NCBI RefSeq assembly: GCF_947568905.1 | Contig: NC_079166.1 | Location: forward strand, 38,502,001 to 38,566,000 | DNA from: Ostrea edulis | Taxonomy: Eukaryota | Direction: 5' to 3' | Length of the DNA stretch: 64,000 bases | Shown: piece by piece, positions 21,041 through 34,400 of the stretch | Numbering within the stretch: the stretch's first letter is position 1 | Layout of the letters: each line of letters starts with the position of its first letter | Notes under the pieces: model-generated | Told to the model about the DNA's origin: nothing | The model's database searches: none | What the model saw: only the letters and a program-made list of their open reading frames with translations | Made by a program: the position numbers and the translations under genes

Positions 21041-24000
21041 GTAGGACTATAACCTATTGTGTCATGATGTGGTGTACCTTAAGATTTTATTGTAATCGCT
21101 TAAAGTTAGTAACTTAGTCTTCATTTTTTAACAAAATGTGAAAGATTCATGTAAAATGGAAATAAAGTTGGTGAATTGCGATATTTCTAACAGAACGTCG
21201 GTGAAAAAGTTTTGAGAAAGTAAAGCGATCTATCATAGAACACTTGAACTCTCTCTAAAACACCTTTATGTAGTATGATCATATTGATTTTCAACAAATT
21301 TACTTACAAAGGAACAACAGGTGTTTGATAGTGAAATCATTCAAGCGATGTGGATCATTAATATGTGCATTTTCCATAGCCGGTAAAATTTGCCTGATAC
21401 ATCCGCATAGAACAGTCGCCAACACCCAATGCATGTATATAAGGATAAGGAGCTGATAATTGTCTTTTATCAAGATAAGGTATAACGATTAGACTGGTAT
21501 TCGTCATAATCATCACCTCATTCTTTGGGAGTAAAAACAACCTTAAATTTTAATCGCACATTCCAAGATTTGTGTAAATGTGGATGATTGACAGTAATAA
21601 CAAATGTAAAAACGAAGACGTAAACAGATACGCCGGAAAGCATAACCACTTCCTTTAAAGATCATTTTACCTGAAAAAAGGGAGAGTTCTGTCTACCGGA
21701 CTATAAATTCACCTTGGAAAGACAGGCTTAAAGTTAATGGCTTGAAACAGCGATATTGCATCAAACGTATGGAGTGATGTATCTTAAAACGATGAAACAC
21801 TTACGACACCCCCGGCGTTTTCTCTCACATATTACTTACAAACAAGATGGAGATAAGAGTGCACACGAATTTCCTCTGTCATCAGCCTAAGCAAAATATT
21901 ACCTCTGATATTACATGTATGTTTGACTAAACCTACATCATAAAGAGACTGGATTACAATTTACAACGATAAATTATCAGCTTAGGTTCTTTTAGTATGG
22001 TATAAAATATGTACAAACTAAGGGACAAATATACAGCTCCTAAATTCTTATAATAACCCTTACTCTCAACGTATTTGAAAATCAGAGCGTGAAATTTGCG
22101 TTAGAAGTCAATAATACAAAAGAATGCCATCGTGATTTAGATTGCTTTTATAAATTGTTTAATTTAAAGGTAACCAATATGAAAGACTGAAACCCAGCAA
22201 TGGTATGTTGACACTGAGGACATTAATGGATGCACTATCATATTAATCCTCTAGATGATGCGTGTCCTCTTTAGGAAAGAATTTCTTGACTTTTAAACCC
22301 TTTTACATTGGTGAAAGGTAACCAAGTACGAAGTGAGCGAAGGTTCAAGATCTATGGATTCGATAACATCCAGTCACCAGGTTTATTACAAAACGATAAA
22401 TAAAACCACATACACAAAACAGAAGGAGTTTGAGGACATTAAACTTGTAAGAAAGTCATTTTTACAACAACGATATTCTTGGTACGTGGGGAAAGGGATC
22501 CAACCATTCAAACAAGTTAATTAATTTTATTTTCTACAATTATCAAACCTACTGCAAGAATGCTTTATAGAGTTTTAAAAACACACCATGTCCAATTTAA
22601 ATGCGCTGTTGATCGTTTTAGTCCATACAAATACGACCTTGGTCGTTTTTTTGTCCGCATCAGTGTCCCATAAAAACACACGTTTGATAATATGGTCCCT
22701 TCCATTGTCTAGATCTATATGAACACATCCTTAATTGTTTTTGTACTTTCCAGTATTCCAATCAAACTCACCCTTGATCCTCTTGGTACTTCTCATTGCT
22801 TATGTAAACTCGCACTAAATCGTTTTGTCCCTCTTAATGTCCAATGTATACTCGTTATAAAACAGATCTTTAATACTTTGTCCTCATCTTCCGAGTGTCT
22901 TAGGCTATTACATATATTCCCTTGATACTTTTGGCACTCTCCATGTTTCGTACACATACACACACCTTGGTCGTTTTGGCTGCTGTCAGTATGAAAGACT
23001 TATTTGATAATTTTGGTTCCTTCCTGAGTCCTATGTAAGCACATGGTTAATCATGTTTGCCCCTCCTATTGCTCTATACAAAGACACACTTTCAAGTTCT
23101 CATTTTGGACCTTAAATCAATGGTGTATACAAATGCATCCTTGAACGTTTCTCCCTCCCAGTATTCTATACAAACACAGCTTTGGTCCTTGCCAGCAGTG
23201 TTATACACAAACTCACACCTCCTCATTTTGGACCCTCTGAGTGTCTTATACATACGCACCCTTGATCATTTTCGTCTCTATCAGTATCCTATACAAGAAC
23301 ACCCTTAATCGTTTTGGCTCCCATCAGTATCCAATACAAACACACTCGTAATCGTGTCTGCCCTTCCCAGTGTCTAATACAACCCCACCCTTAGTCGTTT
23401 TACTCCCTTCCAGTGTCTAATACAACCCCACCCTTAGTCGTTTTACTCCCTTCCAGTGTCTAATACAACCCCACCCTTAGTCATTTTGGTTCTTCCCAGT
23501 GTCTAATACAAACACACCCTTGATCGTTTTTGTCGTCTATATAAACTTCAATAAACTGTTTAAGTGTTATTTACAACTTTATCAGTTCAATTATGTTTCA
23601 ATTTTTGTTTTCTGATAACTTCTCCGATTTGAAATTGCGCCAGTAAATTACATGAGCAATATCTGGTTAGTGATGACAACTTACATGATTTTGATGAATA
23701 ACTTCTGTTTGCGATCGAGGCAAATGGTTGATATGTAAGGTAAATAACTCATTGACTATATATATGTATCCCGAGTTATTTTACTTACAAATCTCAATTT
23801 TTCATTATCTTTGCAGACATTTCAATTCCGAAATGAAATTTACATTAGTATAAATGTGTCGTAGAATAATTTAGCTCGCGTAACAAGCGCATAGCTTAAG
23901 GAAATATTCCATGTATTGAATAATTCAAGTTTGTTCATATGCCTCACACCTGGTTCATCTATTTTTCAAAAAAAAAAAAAAAAAAAAAATGCAAAAAATA

Positions 24001-25375
24001 CTTCCATTAAAACAAAAATCTTGAGACACATCGCTTAGAGAAAAAAGACGATATCTTGTTAATTTACTTTCCTGCTTTTAATGATTTTTGGAGGGTATGG
24101 GGACAGCATTTTAAACATTTAAAAAAACAATTGTAGATTTGTGTGAAATATGGATTTGAACGAGTAGTTTCGAGATTCTCAAGCACACAAAGGTTTGTTT
24201 CAGCTTATGATTTATAACACCCCAAAATAAAAATAAAGATCTTTAATAATCAGCCCAAATTAATCATAGAAGGAATAATTTAAACGAATGTAATTTTAAA
24301 GAGTATCATATAGGTCTTCCAACAAACTGCTGGAATTCCCATAGGCAGGAATTTATCACCTCGTCTGTGTTTTATATTCTTATGAGGAAGACTTTATTCA
24401 AAAGCCTCTACTTGAGAATAAAAAATCTCTTCCTGTGACCTTCGACTCGACCTTTAAAATATTGACGACTTTTTATCTATTAGCAATACTTATTTTCATT
24501 TAGATTCCATGAACTCGAAATAAAAGACATCACAGAGTCTTCCATAACTGCTTCGTATTTGGATATTTTAGTGAACATAGACGTAATGACAAATTAACAA
24601 CACCACTTTATAACAAATCACCCCGATTTAGCTTCTTCATCGACAACTTCCGATATTCACGTAGCACTATACCATTATCACCTGCAGATGGCGTTTATGT
24701 CACTTAAATAATACGATACGCGAGAGCATGTTCTGCATATGATTAGCTTTGCAATCGACAAAAGCTACTGATAAATAAGTTGATGTTACAGGGGCTTCAA
24801 CAATCTCATTCAAAGTCAAGATTTCACATATTCTATGGTCTTTAGAATTATCGTATTTGCAAATACCTTTTTTCATTAGGTCGAATGCTGTTTGACATGT
24901 TTCACACCATTGTTATGTTGGATCGTTCTTTACATACTCATTTTGACTACATATTACTCCATGTACCTGATATAGGGCTCACAGCCGGTCATTAGGGGAT
25001 GCACAAATGTAATCCTTGTGGACACATTATCCCATCTCTGGTATGTGCAGGGGCCCGCGTTTCCCCATTACGCAATTTTCTATTTGAAAGGATTAACCAA
25101 ATTAGTAATTGTTCTTTATCTTCGCTTTTTCATACATAAATGTCTGCTGCACGCAAGAAAGCATTATGACAGGTCCCTGGCCTTATTAACTTGACCAAGT
25201 GCCTGTCAATGACATTAATGGTAATGAATTATTTTGCATCGAAATTGGCGATCATTAATATTCATGATTTACTATTCGTAACGTTACTAGGAAAGACTAT
25301 GAAGACTTCAAATTCGGAATTGAATAATAATGCATTTAATTCATAAATGTAAAGGATTAGATAAATTAGTCACCC

Positions 25376-25428
<53 letters not shown>

Positions 25429-28400
25429 GACCACAAGGAAATTATTTGTATTTTATATCAAATAGAATTGTATTCATTAGGAGCAGACATATATGACCTA
25501 ATCAATAAGGAAAGAAAGATCTTAATACATTCACGACACGACACATTTTCTCCTGCATATTGTTAGCAAGTATCGTGAAAAAAATCAGAGAAAACTAGAT
25601 CCCAGTTCTTTAACCTGCCATGTGCAGTAACGGGAAATGTGCGTTTGATGAGCTTTAAAGTCATCTATATTACTTGCTCTAAAATCAAAGGTAATCGAGT
25701 CGATATCCTTGGGCAACCGCATACAACCTACTTAGCTGTTTAATGCGTTTCAATTGGGACACATTCTGGCTATTATAAATGAGACAGTATCTTTCAAAGA
25801 AGTCATGTTAGACAGAATTGTTCAATTTGATATTATCAATTTGATGGAAGATATGAATTCCTCAGTTTTCGTCACTGTTGGGCATTCCATCTGATTATTA
25901 CTTATGCAGGGATTACTTCAAACAACTTTAAATATGATGATGATGAATTGGATGTTTGTTTCACGTTCGGGGACAATTTATCACAAATATCTTTATTAAT
26001 TATCATTTTAGCTTCATCATCAATACTAGTTATCATTCACTTTTAAATAGGTAAAATAAACATTCATATATCTTAGATAATGCTGTATTGTCATCATGTA
26101 ATATGGAATAGATAATGAGCCATAATGATGCAGGCATGCAACAACAAGGGACTATCTCTTTTTCATAAGTACATTGTACATGCGAAGTCCTTTATAATTG
26201 CATGTAAAGTATGATTTACCAGCTGGTTGCCCCTTCCACTTTTCTATGATTTAGAATTTTCCAGGTTTGGATAAATCTACTATACTCTCGTTTTATTTGT
26301 TAAGGATTTTCAGACAATTACGAAGTCAATTTCTCAAGTTGAACCACTACCACGTTGAAAAATGATGCTTTACTGAAAATATTTGGTTGCACAAAGCCAT
26401 TTTTCTAGTACTTTATTACTGTAGAACATTTTATATAATGGAAAAAAAAAGAAAAAAGAAAAGAAAAAACAACATTTGAGTCTTTCGTATATTGCTATTA
26501 TTGCAACAGGTGCCATTAAATTGATTAAGACAGTAATTTGCCCAATGAAGGTTGTATTGGTAAATTAGATAGTTATAACGACCATAAGATTTGTGAAATG
26601 TTGACTTTAAATGATACTGCCGAAACCCCTGTAACATCAACTTATTTGTCAGTGGTCTGCCTCGATTTAAAAACTGACTATACACAGAAAAACACCGTGC
26701 GCATGGAATCAGTGGAGAGACAAAAACGCCATTTGCAGGCGAAAATGGAATATTGCTACATAAATACGGGAAGTTGATGATGGAGAAGCTGAACTATACC
26801 ATTTGTCATAAAGTTGAGTTGTTATTTTGCCATTAACATCTATACATTCAACAAAATATCTAAGTACGAAGCAGTTATCAAATAGTTTGTGGTGTATTTT
26901 ATTTCGAGTTCTCTGGGATGTATCAAATTTACATATGAATGAAAATTATTATATTGTTAATAGAGAAAACGTCATCGAAAATCTAAATGTCGAGTTGAAG
27001 GCCACAGCAAGATTTTTTTTTCTTCTCATGTAGAAGCCTTTGAATAAATTCTGCTTTGTAGGAATATAAAAACAGGTCAGCTAACGAAGGAGCACAATTC
27101 GTGCACATGGGAATTTCAACTGATTTTTCGGAGACATGATCACCAAAAACTATTGACATATTGTCAATGAGCAACTCCAGCAATATGATACAATCTAATA
27201 TAAAATTCAGAGTACTTGTGCGTAGAATTAGAGTGGTGTTTAACAAAGTAATTTTGTGGATGGCTTATCACAAGATGCGAATATTACCGTGCTCCAATTT
27301 TATTGAATAAGTAGCTATGATGTCAAAAATCCTAGTTTTAATTTTTTGTGAAGAATGGTATTGTATAGTGTTGGAAAAGCATACATTTTGTCGTTGACTT
27401 TGGAGAAAAAGGTTTTGTAATTTCTTAGAACCTCTATTTCATTTACACCTCTTCTCGCATATGTTGTGAGTGACACAATACGTTTGAAGTATCTGCTTCT
27501 CAGCTCAGTTGATATTTTGGTGAGGAGCAAAATATGGGTTTGGTAGAACATTTACTGGTTCCAGCAATCTATCTCTGTCAGGTTTTTCTTAAGTTTTAGA
27601 ATTCAGTATAGGTACGGTAACTCATATTCACTCGTCCCATTGACTGAATTTTGTTCAGTATATTCATGGGTTATAACACATTTTGATACGGATCACGCTT
27701 ATGAACTACGAGTTTTGTAAATAATAATAATAATAAAAGCAAAAACAAAAGAAGCTTAATCTGCGATACGTTTTGTAAACGCATTGAAATATTTTACCAT
27801 CAAATTCATTTTTCATGATTTACTTCAAATTCATTACTTGAGAAAAGCGTTTTGAAAAATGTTTTCAGCATGAATTATGAACAAGATGTGAAGCGATAAT
27901 GACCTATACTGTTATTGAAAAATTACGTGCATTACTCGACCAATCAAATTGCGTGTAAACAAAACAAAATTATTCCTATTTGTATAATTTCTGTCCATTT
28001 ATTGTAATGCATCACAAAAAATAGTGTACGTAACGGGAGTATGATATATAAGGACACGGAACGAAGGTATCACAATGTTATCGCTTGCTAGATACTATTT
28101 ATTCATGAGAAAAAGCTGAGACTTTGGACTACATTTGACTAGCATAAGAAATACTGGCAATTGAAAGTGTTCTCACCTGAAAAGAAAGGTACCAGAAACA
28201 AACTTCATTATAAACTATTGCAGGTATTTCTGAGACACATTAAAAAAAGCACTCAAATTTTTATGCATCGTTATAGACCCATGTTCCAACTCGTTTGAGT
28301 ACACGATTCTAACGGATGATGGTTACCGCTCGGCGGCTTGTCCTAGTTCCATTTCTAACCACTTGTGTGACAGTAGGCTGGAAGAAGCTTGGTATCGCCT

Positions 28401-31400
28401 GCAATCTTCTGACGAGTCATTGTACCTTAGGATACCCCAGGCATGTCCCTCCATTAGGAGCTGTGGAACAGACAACCCCATCTGGATGAATGGTACGGCT
28501 TACCATTTCAAACTAGAAGAAATATACATCGTAATAGTTTCCGATGAAATCATTGTACATAATGTAGATCTATATCTAGGGGAAACAATGACAGCAAGAA
28601 TTCTTGATAAAATCATAATTATTATGGGAAAAGCCAAAAGTAAACTCCGTACCATTGATGTGGAATTTTTTGCGAGACATAAATCTAGCGATTTTCCCCT
28701 CAGAAAAATGGGTATTTTTATATTTAAGGAGAACTAGTTTTAGGAACTTTATAATTCAAAGTAAGATAACTATTACCTTCAATATGGAATAAATTGTTAG
28801 CGATATTCAATTTTAGCGATCTCTTCACCTTCACTAATAATTCTGCTTTATGGTATTTAGAAATTATCTTCAGTCTTTTGAACGATCTAACGAAAATTTC
28901 ATTTTCATTAGGCGAAAGTTTTTCTTTGCATATTGAAAATGGTAAGACATTTGAAAAACTTGTAATTGTGACTTTTACAATATGTTGAAATATGATGTCC
29001 ATTAAACGAGGTGATAATTTAAATGCTTTGACATTATTAGGTTCTTACCCGTCAGTAGAGGAGGGGATAGTACGAAAACAGATGTGCATCAGAACGGCAT
29101 ATGGTTGTTGTCAGGACTCGTTTGATGTTAGGGTTAAGAACTGCTCCTCATTCTTTACCTTTAAACTCAAGCCTGTTCCTAAATGCAACCAGAGATACTG
29201 CTTTGGTATGTATATTGTTTACAGAACATTAGTGCATGTGCAAATCATATTTTCCGAACAAAAGGAAAAAAAGAAAAAAGACAACACAATTTTCATTTAA
29301 GTGTTACTTATTACATGCACTGTTTTGCAGTTTTATCTATGAAAGATTTCATACATTTAATACAAACGTGCATTACTTTTGTGACACAGAAGGGGGTGTA
29401 TGTGGACTGCCTTCCATGAATACTCCAACTCCAGATGTCACAGGTGAGTGTGTCATCACTAATTATTAAACATTAAAAATTCAAATTAGATCATCATGTC
29501 TGATTTAGAAAAAACAACAACCCTGTTTTCATGCTATATTTCTATTGTCAAAAAAGATTGGTTTTCAAAGTTCTAATTGCATTATTTTTAAGTATAGTAA
29601 AATGATGGAGTTTAGTATGAGACAATATCTGAACGCTAACTAAAGTGATGTTCTATTTATTCTAGTTCCACATCATCCTCTCTGTCCAAATGGAACCTAC
29701 AGGCAACCAAATAACTCATCCGACGATTCTAACAGGAGGAACCCGTGTTTATCATGTCCTTCTGGGTTCTTCTGCGTCAGAGGAAAGAAAAACAGGTGCC
29801 CACCAGGATTTTATTGCTCACCTGGTTCATCAGATCCAATCAGCTGTCCTTCAGGCAACTACTGTCCTCCTGGTCAGACGTACCCTGTCCAGTGCAGTGC
29901 GGGGTATTACAACCCTTCGAATACTAGTATTAACAGTTCAGATTGTCAGTCATGTCCGCCTGGATATTACTGTTTCCTTCCAGGTATAGATAAACCAACT
30001 GGGCCATGTCTTCCGGGATTTTATTGTTCCGGAGGATCAACAACAGGGACGCCTGTTGATGGTGTTATGGGTGGAATGTGTACAGTTGGTAATTATTGCC
30101 CTAGGGGTTCCGCAAAACCGATTCCCTGCCCCCAAGGATACTTCAACCCCGAAACTACTCGTGAAAGTTGTGAAGTTTGCCCTCAAAATCTGACATGTCC
30201 AGAGGGCTCAGTTTATCCTTTTGAATGTAATCCTGAAAGTGAAAACATCAGCGCACAATGTTCCTTAAGTCCTGGTACGTGTAATTCTTTAATACCATCA
30301 TTGATTTGTATGCGATGATATAAAATGATTGATTTTGATATCAAAAACTTATAGAACACATTTTGTTGATATATCTATTTTTATTCGACAGCACAACCCA
30401 CAACGAATCCATGTTTTAACAGGGATGGATCACAACAAGTTGGTATATGTGCGGAATGTCCAGTAGGACATTTATGTAGGGACGGTTTTAATATAACTTG
30501 TCCAGAGGGATACTATTGTCCGGATGGATCAAGCGTATTCATTTGTCCGGCAGGTTCTTACTGTCCCGAAGGACAAGTGCACCCTCTTCCATGTGAAACT
30601 GGAACCTTTAATCCTTATACCGGTAATGGCACAAAAGAAGCCTGTTTGCAATGTTCTCCCGGGCTGTATTGCGGAGAGGAAAATTTAGCAGTTCCCACGG
30701 GACCATGTTCATCTGGATTTTATTGTACAGGAGGAGCGACCACTCCAACACCGTTAAACGGCCGTGGGGGAGATATTTGCCGTGCCGGATATTTTTGTTT
30801 GGAGGGAACAGGAATTCTCACTCCTTGTCCAAATTCAACATACAATCCTTCCCGAGGACAGTCGAACATTGAATCGTGTTTGAAATGCCCAGATGGACTC
30901 ACATGCAACGGAACGGGGCTTAGTTTTCCAAACGAATGCCATTCCAATGTTTCACACGAAACGGACTGTTCTGGATCAGGTAACAAACTATGTTTTACTG
31001 ATGGAATATTCGTATTTGATAACCCTGTAAAATGAGTTTTTATGTAACCTCCAGAGCAATATACATGTATGTTGTTCAATCATTAATATAGAGTTACATG
31101 TGAGGTTTGGAATATTCCGTTATCGCGCATGTTTCACCATCATGATAAATTGAATGTAAAGAGTATATATGTCATGCTTAAAATATGTTTTTAAAAGGCA
31201 TTACTATTAGGTGACCAATTTTGTTTTTATTCAAAGCATATGTACTATGTAATTATTCTTTATTTTACTTTTTCTTACGGGTATATTCACGGCTGTTAAA
31301 TCTTGATATACACAGATACACGATGGAATGGTTTCCGTAACATCAAGCTAATACAGTCTTGTAATGTACATTTCTTTTAGGTGGCGATTATTGTAGTAAT

Positions 31401-34400
31401 GATGGTATGTGTCTTAACGATGGGAAATGTATAATCTACAATAGATCACGTGGGTTTTGTGAATGTGTACCACACTTCGAAGGGAATTTCTGCGAAACTG
31501 GTAAAAACTATTGACAATTTCAAGCAGTACAAAGTTTGTGTTTAGAAATGAATATACGAATATAGATACACTTGGTTTGTTTTGCTAGATACAACGTTAT
31601 TGTTTCTGGTGGAAAATTCGACTTTGACCTACCTAACAGTGGAGAGAGAGGAGACAATCATGGAAATTGTGTTCGGAACTTCGTTCATACAAAGCGAGAT
31701 GGAAATCACATGGTATAGGGGAAACCTGATGATCAGAAACTCCTCTCGTGTCATGCTGACGATTGAGATGATGGAGGATTCCTTTAGACTTTACAAAGCT
31801 AAACTCAGATTAAAGTCTGCAAAATCTTATGATAATGGTGGGTTGATTTTAAAATATGTTGAAGTAGTTATTCATAACTTAAGAGGAAATCTTTGAGAAC
31901 AATTAAATGCAAAAATATTAGACATCACTCAAAATTGAAATATGATGAATTACTGACAAATCATTTGAATGACAAACTGTCTGGTTTTACTTTATTAGAA
32001 CTATTTTATTACGGACTATATTTTGTGGTGAAGGATTTATGAAAGGAAAAAATTAAAATATTTAAACTTTTATCAATAATTTTGAAAGTATTTAAAATAG
32101 ACCGTAATATACATGTAATTATTTGCTGGAACAGAATTAATTTCAAAACTGCTTATAAGAGTCTATAGGGTAATGAGAGAAATGTAATATGATTAAACAC
32201 ATCGCATTGCAATGAACGTACATGTATCTATGCATTTCGAACAAAACAATCTTCCTGAAATTGAGTCAAATATACATTCTTATTCATATGTTTTTGAACT
32301 TTCTACGTGAATTTCATATGTTTTTTTTTACTGTTATATCAAATAAAAATTAGATTACATGCGTATCTGGAGACCGTAAAATTTGTGGGGTTTTTTTCTT
32401 CCAGAATATATGATATAAAATCATAGATGAGATTTCATGAATGTTAGTACAGCAATAACATGATCTTTTCTTTTTGTACCATTTCATTACTGCTCCATAA
32501 TTTGTAGAATATAATTAGTATCCTTGTGTAAATGCAAATAATATGAGGAAAATCTAGAAGAACAAATGTTTTGATAATGTATATATACACATGTACATGT
32601 ATCGATGTAGTAATGTACATTTACATTGTCTACCGTATCTCAATCTATAATGGGCTTTAAAATATTTTATAGAATTCAGTTCTACGATTTCTGCATAAAG
32701 TGTTTAGAAATTTATAATTTCATGTTATGCTTTAAAACAATATTTGTTTAAGGTACCCTGACAGTAGTAGCTAGTATTCAGCGGTTGGGTATTGCCGTCA
32801 CAGTCAACATGTCCCTAACAGTTCTAGAACTACCATCCGCCAGGGTATCACCATTGTCACTGAGCGTGCAGACGGGGGGAACCATTGAATTAAAGTGTCT
32901 TGTTGAAAATTCAGCACAACGAAATACGACAGTAAAGTTGGAATGGGTCAAAAACAGGGATATCATATCTAGGCAGAAAAGTTTGTGTATTTTGTTTTTA
33001 AAATATTTATAATTCATATCCACAATGTTGCTCAAATGCAAGAGAGAAAAATTCTGGTAATTAGCAGCTTGTTTTTCCTGTACGTTACATATGACAGAAT
33101 AAGAAAGAATACCATTATGTGAAATTTTCATTTATCAAATTAACAATTGCAGCTTATATAATCTTACATGTAAAATAATTGGCTGTGCTTAAATCAGAAA
33201 ATTAACTAATAACTACAAATTCACTAGTTAGAGTTTAAACAAGGCTGACTTTTCGCATGACACAAAGTAGCCTAATTGATTAAAAACAGAAAGGATTTTG
33301 TGGATCTGACAAACGTGTTTTAACATTGAAAGTGACTTGTAGCCGAAAATGATGATTTCAAGACAGGCATAGAAATATATCTTTCGGCTATTTTTCTCTT
33401 GATACAGACTTTTTGGGGAATGAGTCCGTTCTGAGAATTCCCAATGCCCAGAAATACCGGACAGGGAAATACTTTTGCTCGTTGACCTACAGTTTGTTGG
33501 GGGTGTCAGGCAGAACAGCGGCTGCGTCAGACGTATTTGTCTATTCGCCAGGTGGGTGGATATCTACTCTTCACATTTTGAACTCAAAAGAACAGACTGC
33601 CACTAATTGTTTATTCTACTAGGAGAAAGGACAATATCACCCAGTACTCGCTAGATATACTGTACACATCTTCCCATTTCAGACGACATTCGCTGTAAGA
33701 AAACTGTTGATGAGCTTAGGATAGAGTGGGGAGATGGAATAACAGGGACGACGTATTATGCCCTTTGCCCGAACCAATACGTGGGTTAGTATCAATTAGA
33801 AATTACTAAGAACGTACAAACATTTTGTTTATTTTGCTTAAAGTAATCCGATAAAACATGTATTTAGAAAATATATCCATATATCATCTTCACTTTAAAG
33901 GAAATGCGAGCAAACTGTGTAAAACAGACGGATCCTGGGACCGCACCGTGACGATAAACTGTGTTGAGAAAATCTTATCGGAGGCCAATGAAGAGGTAAT
34001 GGCGGAAAAGTATATCGGTATACGTTATTTGTCAGACAGAGTGTACTGTGTATGTAAGATTTTAATTTGTCAAGCACATTGTAATCCATAACACCTTTTT
34101 TTTTATTCAGTTAGACAACATTATCACAGATAATGTGATAGACACTGATTTCGTATCGTCAGTTGTCGATAGACAAATGTCTGCCTTGACAAACTGGACA
34201 GCTAAAAATATTGGTACTTCCGGTGATATTGATAAAACGGTTGGATTGCTTGACAAAATTCTGAAAGTAACAAATGCAGCAGATGCTAAACTACCAGATC
34301 AAGTGAGGATGATTAATTATTATTGTTTACTGAAATTCTAATCTGTGGCTATTATTCATAGAAATTGTGTATTCGTTGTGGCTTAAATTCACGGAAATTG

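Noticed and set aside
21348-21381. ATG...G|GTAAAA (MWIINMCISIA) as the GPCR start exon
   Set aside because: Too short for a signal peptide, and no phase-compatible acceptor was found for internal use. The 20875 exon fits better, though an alternative start cannot be excluded.
21860-21895. Minus-strand CTGATGA-CAGAG-GAAA as a minimal hammerhead ribozyme
   Set aside because: No helix I or helix III pairing and no NUH site could be formed.
23652-23740. Hydrophobic mini-ORF MSNIWLVMTTYMILMNNFC as a signal-peptide exon
   Set aside because: The available donors are phase 2 or lie after the stop, so they are incompatible with the phase-1 exon at 28277.
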